Positions 47,201-59,200 of a stretch of DNA of 64,000 bases are shown here, piece by piece. The DNA comes from Negaprion brevirostris (taxonomy: Eukaryota). Position 1 is the stretch's first letter, and each line of letters starts with the position of its first letter. The translations under genes and the position numbers were made by a program. The stretch lies in contig JARDVH010000099.1 in assembly GCA_030324005.1 (NCBI GenBank), positions 48,750,903 to 48,814,902 on the forward strand, written 5' to 3'. Below the pieces are notes generated by a model, which was not told where the DNA came from, did no database searches, and worked only from the letters and a program-made list of their open reading frames with translations.

Positions 47201-50200
47201 ACCCACCCACACACACACACGTGCACACCCGGCCCCGAGTCTATACCCACTAGTGAGCCAATCAACAGCAAATGCTGGAGGAAATTGGCCTGTAATTGGA
47301 GCAACAGCTTTATAGCACTTTTCAAATGTGCTAAATGTTATAGGCACATAATTTGTGCCTTTGAGTACGTTGGCCATGCTAAATTCTCCCTCNNNNNNNN
47401 NNNNNNNNNNNNNNNNNNNNNNNNNNNNNNNNNNNNNNNNNNNNNNNNNNNNNNNNNNNNNNNNNNNNNNNNNNNNNNNNNNNNNNNNNNNNGTTGGCCA
47501 TGCTAAATTCTCCCTCACTATATCTGAACTAACGCTGGAGTGTGGCAACTAAGGGATTTTCACAGTAACTTCATTGCAGTATTAATGTAAGCCTATTTGT
47601 GACACTAATAAAATAAACTTTTGAACTTCAGACTTTCGCTAAGAAATACTAGTCACTATTACTTACATTAGATTGTCTTCAGCAGTTTAACTGCAATTTT
47701 GCACTGCAAGCGTGAGATGAAATGTTGCAATGAGGAAAACCAACATTGGTGAACCGGAGTGGTGTGAAAGCAACATTGTATTTCATTAACTAATCTGATT
47801 GAAGGATAATGAATTACCAATAGATATCAAGAAGCAAGCATAAATTTAAAAGGGTGAATGCAGTGGCTGGTTGGGTACAGAAAGAAAGATTAGATTGAGA
47901 AAATAAACTTTTATGGTACACTTTCAAGTTATCAAATGTTTAATTAAAACATGAAGGAATCAGGCTGCACATTTTTAATAGTTCTCAAGTGCGTGGCATT
48001 TTGGCAATGATATTAAGAACACTGCACACCATGGAGAATTTTCATAAACGTGGGTAGGCATGCTATGCAATGTGCGATTGCTGATTGAAACCTCAGATAT
48101 GACTTCATAAGTGTTGATGTACATAAGGTTATATAATTGTACAAACTGGATATACTGAAAACTTGTGATCCAAAACTTGGAACGTCCCCAATTGGGAAGG
48201 GATAATTCACAAAACACAGTGGCCTCATTTACACAGTATTGATAAGATGCAGTTGTCTGCTAGCTACCAAGCTTACTGTTGGAGCAGATTGGAATTTAGG
48301 TTGATGCATCACCTGGGGTGTGGGACATAGGGATTGCAAATGATTGGTGGAGATAGAAAAGGGACGGCATGCAAGAATCTGCAATAGTCTTGTGCACTGC
48401 TGTAGATATGAGAACACTTGTTCATCTTGGCACCACGTTCTTCTGTCAGGTGGTAAGTTCAAATCCAGCTCTGGATGTTCGAGTGGAGATTCAAGATTTG
48501 TATTCCAGATGTAATACAAAAGAAAAACTGGGAAGGTGAGAGTGACAGCTCTTGACATCAAGGCCACATTTGACTGAGTGGTGGCATCAAGTAGCCTGGC
48601 AAAACTGGAATCAATGGGGCAATTTTTCCACTGGTTGGAGTTGTACCTGCACACATAGTTGATATGTGTGCACAGTTGTGGGGAGGGATACCTCTACAGG
48701 AGTCCATTAGGATAATGTCCTAGACTCAACCATCTTCAGCTGCTTCATCAATGATCTTCCCTCCATTATTAAGGTTATTTATTAGTGTCACAAGTAGGCT
48801 TACATTGTGCAATGATGTTACTGTGAAAATCCCCCTAGTTGCCACACTCGGGCACCTGTTTGGGTACATGGGGAGAATTTAGCGTGGCCATTGCACATAA
48901 CCAGCACGTCTTTCAGAGGAAACGAAAGCACCACACAGATAAAGGGAAAACGTGCAGACTCCCACAGATGTTGACCCAAGCTGGGAATTGAACCAGGGTC
49001 CCTGATGCTGTGAGGCAACAGTGCTAACCACTGTGCCACCACATTGTAAGGTCAGAAGTAGGGATGTTTGCTGATGGTTGATGTTCACTCTTCATGGTGT
49101 CTCAGAATTTGAAGCGATTCATGTTCACATGCAGCAAGGTCTAGACGATAGCCAGGCTTGGGCTGGCAAGTGCAAGTACCATTCATGCCACAAGTACCAG
49201 GCAATGACCATCACCAATAAGAGACATGTCAACCACCCCCATGATATTCAGTGGTTTGCCATCACTGAATTACCCACTGTCAACATCCTTGTGGTTACCA
49301 TTGACCAGAAATTCAACTGGACTCATCACATAAATACAGTGGCTACAAGAGCAGGTCAAAGGCTAACTCACTGCCTGACTCTACAAGATACTTGTCAGGA
49401 GTGTGATGGAATACTCTCCACTTACCTTGATGGGTGCAGCTCCTACAATACACAAGAAGCTTGACATCATCCAGGATAAAGCAGCCTACTTGATTGACAC
49501 CACATCCACAAATAACCACTCCATCCACCATCTACACTCAGTAGCAGCAGTGTATTATCTACAAGGTGCACTGCAGAAGTTCACCAAAGATCCTTAGACA
49601 GCATCTTCAAAACCCACAACTACTTACATCCAGGATAAAGTCAGCAGCTAGATGGGAATGCCAGCAATTGTAAGTTCCCCTCCAAGCCACTCACTTTCCT
49701 AACTTGGAAATGATATATCATCTTCCTTTGCAGTTGCTGGGTGAAAATCCTGTCATTCTCTCCCTAATAGCATTGTGGGTCAACCCACAGAATATGGACT
49801 GCAGCATTTCAAGAAGGCGGTTCACCACCATCTTCTTAGGGGCAACTTGGAATAAGCAATAAATGTTGGCTAGGCGGAGATGCTCATGTCCCACAAATGA
49901 ATTTAATAAGCACTGCATATGTCAGAGATACTTTTAGATGAGAAGTTGAACCAAAGCCCTTCTTGCTCCTATCAAGGGAGTTTAAAAGATTTGTGGCATT
50001 ATTCAAAGAACAGGAAAATTGTGTCCTGGCCAACATTTATCCCACAACTAGTGTCACTGAACTGATTAGTTTGCATTATCTCAGTGCAGTTAGTGGGAGC
50101 TGGTTTGCAAATTGACTGCTCCATTTCCTACATTACAGTAGTGACCACATTATTTAGTGCTTTGTGAACCAAATATTGGAACATCCCCATTTCGTAAGCG

Positions 50201-53200
50201 ATAAGACACAACAGCTCTGTATTGGGCCTTCAGCCTCAGCCACACAATAATGAGCTGTGTCTGCCTGCTAGCTACCAAATGTACTTGTGGAACAGATTTG
50301 AATTTTGGGAAATGGGGGTGTACAAATGATTGGCGGGGACAAACAAGGGAGGGTACGCAAGGATCGGCAATAGCTTTATGCACTGCAATAGATATGAGAA
50401 TATCACACTTGGCCTCCTCCTGAGATCATGAAAAACATGTAAATCTTCAACTCTTGCATTTCTAGTGGCAGCCTTTCAAAGGATGACTGACATTACGCAA
50501 GTGCCTAAGTAACATGCATGCTATCATCTGTCGAAGTAGATGCTCAGGCACCAATTTTCCATGTGAATACTGGCACAATGCCATAGACTTTAGCGTATCT
50601 AGCATGTTTTACTGGGAAATATCACTTTTATACCTTCAGATTGACATTTGTGTATACCTTGTCCTAAAATTGAAACTCATTAAGTGGGCTGATTTTTGTG
50701 GTTTGTTTGAAGTGCATATGACTAATTAAGTTGTTGCAGTTGTGGATTTAGAATGAAATGTTTTGTGTGAGGGGCACTGTGTCGTCTCTGCCCATTCGGG
50801 TATGTTCTTCATTGCTATATGGCAATGCTTGCTAAAGTTGTACATTCACTGAGGAAAGAATTGTTTTTTGGTAAGATGCAACTGGGTGACTTGCCAACAT
50901 TAGTACACCTTTAATGACCAATTTGGTGAGGCATTGTTGGGAAATTGTACACGAACTTGCTGATTCATGCTAGAAAAAAACATGGGCAGTTACTTAAATA
51001 TTGAGTTTTTATATAATTGCAGCTATTTGGAATTGTGTTCACGCTGGCCCAAGGAAAGTTGAAAGCAAATTACGGCACATTAGCTGGAAATCTCTTTCTT
51101 TGTTCTTGGATCTTTGTGGGAATCATCCTTACAGGTAATTAGTGGCTTTTACTATTTGACAATGTTTGTGTAATACATTTTTGTCTGAGGGAAGCAGCAC
51201 CTTTATCTGTCAGTTGTATAAAACGTATTGTGGAACAAGACAATGGCTGATCAGTCCATCAAAAGGCCATTCCCTCCACAGATCCTGTATGTTCTTTCCT
51301 ATTCAGGACTACACTCAGCCCTATCAATCTTAAGAAGGAGGCAACCAACAACTGATAAACTCCAAGAAGAAAAGGCTCTGAAATTTTACCCAGACCCACT
51401 TCCGTTCTTGCTATTTTTCTCTTTTCACAACCCATTCCTGGCCTCCCACATGAAGGGCAATGAAGCAAAATCTCTGGAATAATCCAATCATGCAGTGTGC
51501 ACTACTCAATGCTGACTAGTTCCACTTATGTCTCTGTGCTTAGAACCTTCAGAATGGTTCTTTAAATATATTTATTTGGATTTTTAAAAGTTAATTGCCA
51601 ATGCATTAACCCACTTTTGCTGTGAACCTACCTACAGAGAAGGGAGAGAAATATGCTTTCTTTCAATCTTTTAGTCAGCTTCGAAGGTTGCTAATCTCCT
51701 TTTACTTTTGAGACAGTCCACGTTCAGGAATATGTTTCTCTTTGCAACTTGGGGCCCCAAGTCTCCCAGTTACCTTTGTTTCCCATGACCCATTCTGCAG
51801 TGCTTCAGGGTCCCTTATAATATGTAATTTTCTCAGTGAGACCGAGTCAGTAAGTAACACTGGACCAAAAGAATCTTATTTCAGTTTAGTTGTTTGAACT
51901 ACTTTTTGGCAATTTGACTAACTACGGTGACAGCTTTGCATTAACTGAATCTTTTCAGTGAAATGTTGGTCTTCTTCCGAACTCCTTTCTATCAGTTCAT
52001 AACGTACGTTACTTTTGTGCACAAGGCAAGTATTTTCTACTCTAGCTTGTCTGTCTGCTTTTCCTTCCAGATTCACTTTAAACTCACCTAGGTTTCTTGT
52101 ACTGCTTTCAATATTCTTTGACTATTTTCTTGGAATTTCAACAAAACGAAATCATTTGAAATATCCTACTTTCAGATCATTTTGAAGTAGCACAGCACGA
52201 AAGTCAAAACAAACTACTGCATTATGTTTCTCAGATTAATGTTTTTTTCTCATTGAAAATCATCACCCACTCTTAATAGCCAATTTGTTTTAATTTCCAT
52301 TAAATTGGTCAGTCTCCTATGTGTAACATTATCAAGTATCTTTGAAGATTCAAATGATCATTGGACATTCCTTTTCTGCTAATTTAACTGTAACCGTAAT
52401 AATTTCATCCATGAGCATAATCTATTGCTTGTAAAACTAGATTGATTGCTTTTTAATGCATCGTTAAAATATTCATCGTGCTTCAGTCCCCATCTAGTCA
52501 CTGAATGGGGTGGTGGATATATTAGTGTCTTATAGCTTATCTTTTGATCGTTCTGGGGGCATCATTAATACCTTCATTTTTTGAGCAATTTGATTGTACT
52601 TGGAAATTTTCCAGTAGTTTTTTTGCATGGAGGCTGACTTGAAGTATTAACTTAAGGTCATTACTTGACCTGTCTATCCAACCATGTACTTGAGTAACCT
52701 ACCAACTTGTTTCTTAGAATTGGGGGTTACCTTGAATTTTTCTTGCTCCTTTTCTACAATTTTATTTCCATTCTCATGGAAGTATGGTTTCTATTCCATT
52801 TCTTCTTTCTTGGCCATTAACATAACATTCTCCTTAATGCTCTTTATTCATTTACTGCAATATTGGGTTCCAGTTTTTCTCCTAGGAATCAACTTTCATT
52901 TCTTCTGAACTTTTCCTTTTATTCCATTATGGAGGGATTTAATCTAAGTTCACTAGTTATGCCCAACTTAATTAGGCTATCCAGTATTTTTATTCAGTGA
53001 ACACTATCAAGTGTTTCATGCCTGCCTGGATTTATCAATCATTTCTAATTGATTGCTGAATTATTCTTCATCTATTATCGATCTACTGCAGTACTGCTTC
53101 CCATGTTAAAAAAAGTAACTGTCCACCTGTGAAATTGTTCATCCCCTTCAGTTAACCTGATTTGTCCATATTGCTCCATGGTACCTAACCGTTCCATCTT

Positions 53201-56200
53201 ACTTACCTAAGCATCTGAGCATCCTTGATTACTTTGACAAACATTTTCCTAATTAATTTCCTTCCTCATTGGATCGATTATCCAATAGATTGTTGCACTC
53301 ATTCTTTGATCATCACTCCACAATGCTTGTCTTCTGCCTAGCCTTGTCATTGAGAAGCATTCCATCATTGTGGCTTTATCTCTTGCTAATCCTGTTTGTA
53401 TGCATCATTTTGTTAGTTGGGTATCTAATCTCATTCGATTAGTGTAAATGCAAAAGCATTTGTTTTCTCTGTCTAGCTCCTATAGTCAGAACTCTTCAAT
53501 ACAGACAATCCCACTGAACTTGGGTATCCTTCCTGTTTGTATCCTGGATAAATGACTCACTTTATACCCTCATCGTTCCGTCTTGTTTCTAATACCTTCT
53601 AACTCTTATCACTCTGTCCACTGCAAGGGCGGCACGGTGGCACAGTGGTTAGTACTTGGTTCAATTCCCGGCTTGGGTTACCATTTGTGTGGAGTTTGCA
53701 CATTTTCATTGTGTCTGCGTGGGTATTCTGTCACAGTCCAACGATGTGCAAGTTAGGTGGATTGGCCATGCTAAATTGCCCCTCAGTGTCAGGGGGCACT
53801 AGCAAGGGATAATGGGGATAGGGCCTGGGTGGGATTGTGATTGGTGCACACTCGATGGGCTGGATGGCCTCTTTCTGCAGTGTAGGATTCTATGATTCTA
53901 AGAACCCATCTTTCTTTGATCTTTATCATTTATTCTGGAAAGTTATGTGCTGGATTTGATATTCATACACAACTCACTTCTATAGAGTGTGTTTCCTGTT
54001 AAAATGGCAAAAATTAGCTGATGCACTACTAACGCATCCATAATATTTTCCAAAATGCCACTTTTGAATCTGCCACAAGGCTACTTGCACTTTCTTTGAC
54101 AATTTCACTGAAGAATTAGGTAGACGTCGAAGAAAACCCTTCTGACGCTGTAATTATGTGGCTGCACAAAACTTGCAATTCTTCCACCATTTTACATGTA
54201 GGTGTCCTTTAACATTTTTACAAAAGTCTTTTTTCGCAACATGATCCCTATACCCAGTATGTCTCTTACATGTCTGTCACAGTCCTTTTTAAGTAATAGA
54301 TATGCCATAAGAATCTACTGCTTCATCCACTTTTGATTCTCTGGTATCCATGGACGTTCCGTTTTTAGCTTCCTTTATTTTTGGATTTCTTAAGTTCCGT
54401 TATTGTCTGTCAGCAACTGCATTTTGAAAACCCTTGCTGCACTCATTGGGCTTTTACTCAGACTGGTGGGGAAAAGCTGCAGCAAATCCTGAACTTTGCA
54501 AACTCAAAACTTAGATCTGTGTACCTTCAAAGTTTGTTGATAAAAATATTCAACTGACTGTAACTGTAAACATTGTGCACACTCTCCACCCAAAATATTG
54601 TATATTCTTAACCAATTTACCCAGTTTTTTTCCTAATAAATCGCAGAGCTCCTTTTACCAGCTGCTCCTCTCTCCAGCACAGGAAGTATATAGCCAGTTC
54701 AACAAACTACAGGTACTAAGTTTTGATTGTATGTTGAGTACTGTAAATACATATAGTAAACTACAGTAGGTTTTCACAGCATTTATGCCAAAGCCATAAT
54801 AGCTAGGCGAATCAGTTAATAGTTGTATGCAAAGTTATTGATAGTGCATAGTGAGAGAGTTGAGAGATGCGGGATCAAACAATGGCTAGCCCTCAAGACC
54901 GTGAAAAGACAGTTTTATTTTTGAGGATTAGTGTTAGATCCTGTTCTTGAAGTACATGGCTGAAGAATGAAATTCACAGAAAATTTAGATTTTAGGAAAC
55001 TTCATTATTCCTAAAAAAAAAACTGGTGAAATAGATCACTGAAGAAGTCTTGACAAAACTGAAAAGAGACCAACTTCCTTATAGCAATATTAACAGCCTG
55101 CAGCCCAACATGCTCTTCTGGTCATCCAGATGCAGCTCTGGGTGTTTAAAACTACATCTCGCCATTCTTGATATTTAGGCAAGATGTGGGAGCAAGCGTC
55201 CCTATGCAGTTAGTTGAGGTTCCATATGATAAGATGCTCTCCTATGGGAGATTGCTACCAGTAGTCCCAAGACTGAAGTTGTGCACAAATACTCAACTAA
55301 GTATACTGACTCCAACAGAACTTCTTGAATGTATTGCAGCTTTCTAACAGATTTCCAGTATCTCTTCTCTATACAGTGCGTGAATGTTAAAACGTTGATC
55401 ACTCTTCTGTCACTTGAAATAAAGGCATATGGCAAAACATGGTGGCTATGCAAGTGGCGGTAAGAAAAAAAAGCAGTGGTAAGGGCAGAAGTTCACTTAA
55501 TGGATAAATGTGAATGGAAAGCTCAACGAAGGGAGAGAGAATAATGTAAATTATAAAGACAGGTGGAGCACTTTTCAAGAACTTAACTCTTTCAGCGTCA
55601 CTGTGATGTTCATAAACTATTAAGCCTTCGTTCTTGCAGTTTGACATCTTGTGAACTCTTGTGTGTTCTGAAACATTGTGAGGCACACTCAGCTCTTGTT
55701 TGGTTTACTGACATGTTTGTATTAACAAGTCAATTGTGAAGCTAGTCTGTTTAGGTTTTAGGAAAGGAATATAACCTGTCTACATGAACGAACCAAGATT
55801 GTGACTGTCCATGGAAAATCGTGTACAGGGTAAGGCGGCGTTATGCTGCTGCTAGTAACAGAAACCATCGTGTAACCAGAAAAAAATGATGGGGATTTGA
55901 TGGTGCAGTGGATTGGAACACTGTCCTCTCTTTTCTGGGGCATGTGTTGAAATAAGGCTGAAATTATGGGACGAAAGCCTCCTTTTGGTTGATGTTAAAG
56001 ACTTTAAATTATATGAATTTTTAATGCACACAATTCCATAGCACAAGGCTGCCTGTATATTTGGCACCAGTCAGCAACCTGACTCTTGAGGCTATAAAAA
56101 TATCATACTGGTGTTCTGAGGTTGCAGTTGAGACACTTTGTTGGGGCAGTTTAAAGGGAGTTTTACTCTGCATCTGACCAATACTTGACCTTGGCAGGAG

Positions 56201-59200
56201 TGCATGATGCCGGCTGGGGATGATAAAAATGAGTTTCTAATTCTAGCTTTACTTACAAGCACAAAGAAACCCCGATCATCTGACCTGCTATGAACACTAT
56301 TCTGTACACGTCAAATCGAGATAGTGTCAGTTTATTTTTTTGTTTCTCCAGCAGAAGGTTCATACTCTAGTCTGTCCACCCTCTGATGTGGAAAAGTGAC
56401 AATTTTTTTCCTCCAGCCACTAGACATGGTATGCAACTGTTGTTGTTACAGGTAATGAATCTGTAGGGATATGGTTTAAAAATGAAATGTCTTTTTTAAA
56501 AGAAAAACCCGTTCCATGTTAAATGTGCACAGTAGTTACTGAGGGCAGTTGGAAAAACAGCATATGTTATAAAAGTCACATTCTTCTAAAAGAACTATAA
56601 AATCTAGTGGGTAGCATTTACTGCATGCACAAATAATCCTTTGATTAAACTTATTTAGTTTAAAGCATAAACTTGAAAAGAGTGGAGCCACTGCACAACT
56701 GCCATAACTCAAATCTACACACACCACGCATCAGCTATGCAGGTATAATATGGTTAATTAGCTTCTGTACTTGAGATTGGATGTAGCTTTTCATACTGAA
56801 TAGAGGACAAGGAATAGCTGGGAGTGATTGAGGCAATTATTTATTTTGGAATTTTGCATAAATTACAAAACAATTTTTTTTTTGTCATCTAACAATTTTT
56901 TGTAACACTTGAGCCTTCTCAACCAGCACTCTGCACTTTTGTATCTCATGAGTAGCTGTCAAAATGACTGGTGCTGCATGTGACTAATGATAAATAATGA
57001 TGCAGGTGTCAGTTGAGGTCAATTTTAACAAAAGGAAACATATCACATTAAATGGTAGCACTATGAGGAGTCTCCTCGAGCAATCTTTCCTCCTAGACCC
57101 AAACGTTCTTCAAAACTCTTGCTCCAAACATGTGTTTTGGGCTGTTATGAAAAATGGATCTGGTCTGCATGATGATAACACTTAACTATAAAAATAAGCA
57201 CATGTAAATATTCTAAACTTCTTGTATAATTCAAAACTTATCACTTGAGGGCCTCTAGTTTGCAGAAAGTAAGCCAACAATCTCAGTCAGTTTAAATCCC
57301 ATCGTGCCTCTAAAGCATGTGTTTTTGTGGCAGCTGTTGAACAATTATTTTGATACACCATTGGTTCTACCTTCTTATCCTCTTTTTATATGGCCTTGCA
57401 ATCACTCCCTTCTATTGGTGACTTCTAATATATGCTGGACATTTTTATTTCTAAATTGGTTAGTCTTACTATTTTCAGCCAGTGTTCTGTCTGGAAGCTG
57501 TGTGAGGTAAGGACTCTGCAAAACTGTAAAGTCAATACTTTTTGTTGCGTGTGTGGTGCTGCTATTCGATTAAATTAAAATACATTCCTTGTCGGCGATT
57601 TTTTTTGTAAAAGAAAGGTTGACAAGCTGATTGCAAATTATTTGTTCCTTGTTGGTTTCTGTGATAAATTGATACAATTGTATAACATCCACAGAAAATT
57701 GTTAAGGCAAATGTAATTGATTACTATGGAATTGTCAATAATAAGAACAACTCCTGTTTAAAGAATATAACTGAGATGTGTTTCAGTAATACTTCTCTAA
57801 TGTTACTTCTAATAACTAGAAATTCATTTGCAATACCATAGTTTGTATGATGGAAACTATCTGAGAATCTTTATTTTTAAGTCATGCATATTGAAAGTTT
57901 CATATTTTTCATGGTTTAAAAAGACGTGAAATACAAATGTTATAAAAATTTTATGGTTTAGTTGACTATGTAAGTAAACTAACCAATCTTCTTTTAGAAG
58001 GTTGAAACTGTTCACTTTCATAGGTTCCATTACTAATAAGAATGTGCATATAACAGGAAATAGATTGTTTCATAATTTTTGTTTTCTTTGCAGTTTTCAT
58101 AAAATCAGACTTAAGAAGACAACAAGCAAACTTAGCTGCAGTTGCACAGGTAGGTTGATTAATACTTATTTTCCCTATTTCTTTTCACTTGTGGAAAGGA
58201 ATCATACTTGATGGATCATATTGAAGGTGTCATGGATTAAGTTCCAAATGTTTAGGTTCTGATTTTATTTCCATGTGATTCTTGTGCTATAAAGACTTAA
58301 TAGTTTCATACTTTACAAGTTTCCAGTAGGCCAGATTTTGCTAAAAATAAGGCCCAAACAATATATGCTGCTATTTTGCAAATTGGCCGCCCATCATTAG
58401 TAAGGAAGAGGTACACATGGTGAATCGCCACAAGGTGCTGGCTGACTTGTACTGTTTGATACTTTGTAAATATCACATCCTTCATTTGGGATTTTTATGG
58501 ACATTGCTACATTTACACATGAATTGTTCATTAAACTCACTACAATGTTTAATAATTGGCACAAGTGCCCATTCAATGATGTAATAATTATTAATGACTA
58601 ATCATTCACTCTTGCCCAAAAAGTAAATACAAATTTAGATTTGAATTGTTTTACGTAATTTTAAAATGTCAGTTTTTTTTCTATTTTTTGATCTCACTGG
58701 ATGATACTGCTGCCTCACAGGGACCATGTTCAATTCCTCCCTTCAGTGACTGTCAGTATAGAGTTTACACATTTTCCCCATGTGTATGGGGGTTTTCTCT
58801 GGGTGCTCTGGTTTCCTCCTACTGTCTAAAGATGTATAAGTTAAGTGGATTAGCCATGTTAAATGTATGGGGTTACATAGATAGAGAGGAAAGTCTGGGT
58901 GGGATGCTCTTTCGGAGAGTCGGTGCAGATTCAGTGGGCCAGATGGCCTCTTTCTGCAGTGTAAGGATTCTATTTCAATTTCTATATCCGATTTGAACTT
59001 GAATTAACCCACTGATATTGGAGTACCTACTTGGCCCTGTCTTTTTTTACTGACACAATTCCCTTCACAGATATCACCACCATTATTGTTGGCTTGTGTA
59101 TAAAAAAGCAAATTCAGAATACACCAAAGCCAATTTTAAAAATCAGTGCAAGACATTGCACTTTTACCTTATTTTCTGGAAGACTAGTCAATTGACAATT

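Larger units (their letters stand above)
48425..50150 (+). mobile_element. Deu-domain SINE (SacSINE1/AmnSINE-like) split by a CR1 insertion: head ~48425-48515, body ~49908-50150
   Basis: Body tttagatgagaagttgaaccaaagccc...gtgtcctggccaacatttatccc...tttcctacattacagtagtgac matches the recalled Deu-domain consensus. The head has the B box gttcaaatcc. Confidence 0.65.

Noticed and set aside
47369-47516. 24-bp exact repeat (gttggccatgctaaattctccctc) on both sides of a gap
   Set aside because: Typical contig-overlap artefact across a 100-N gap.
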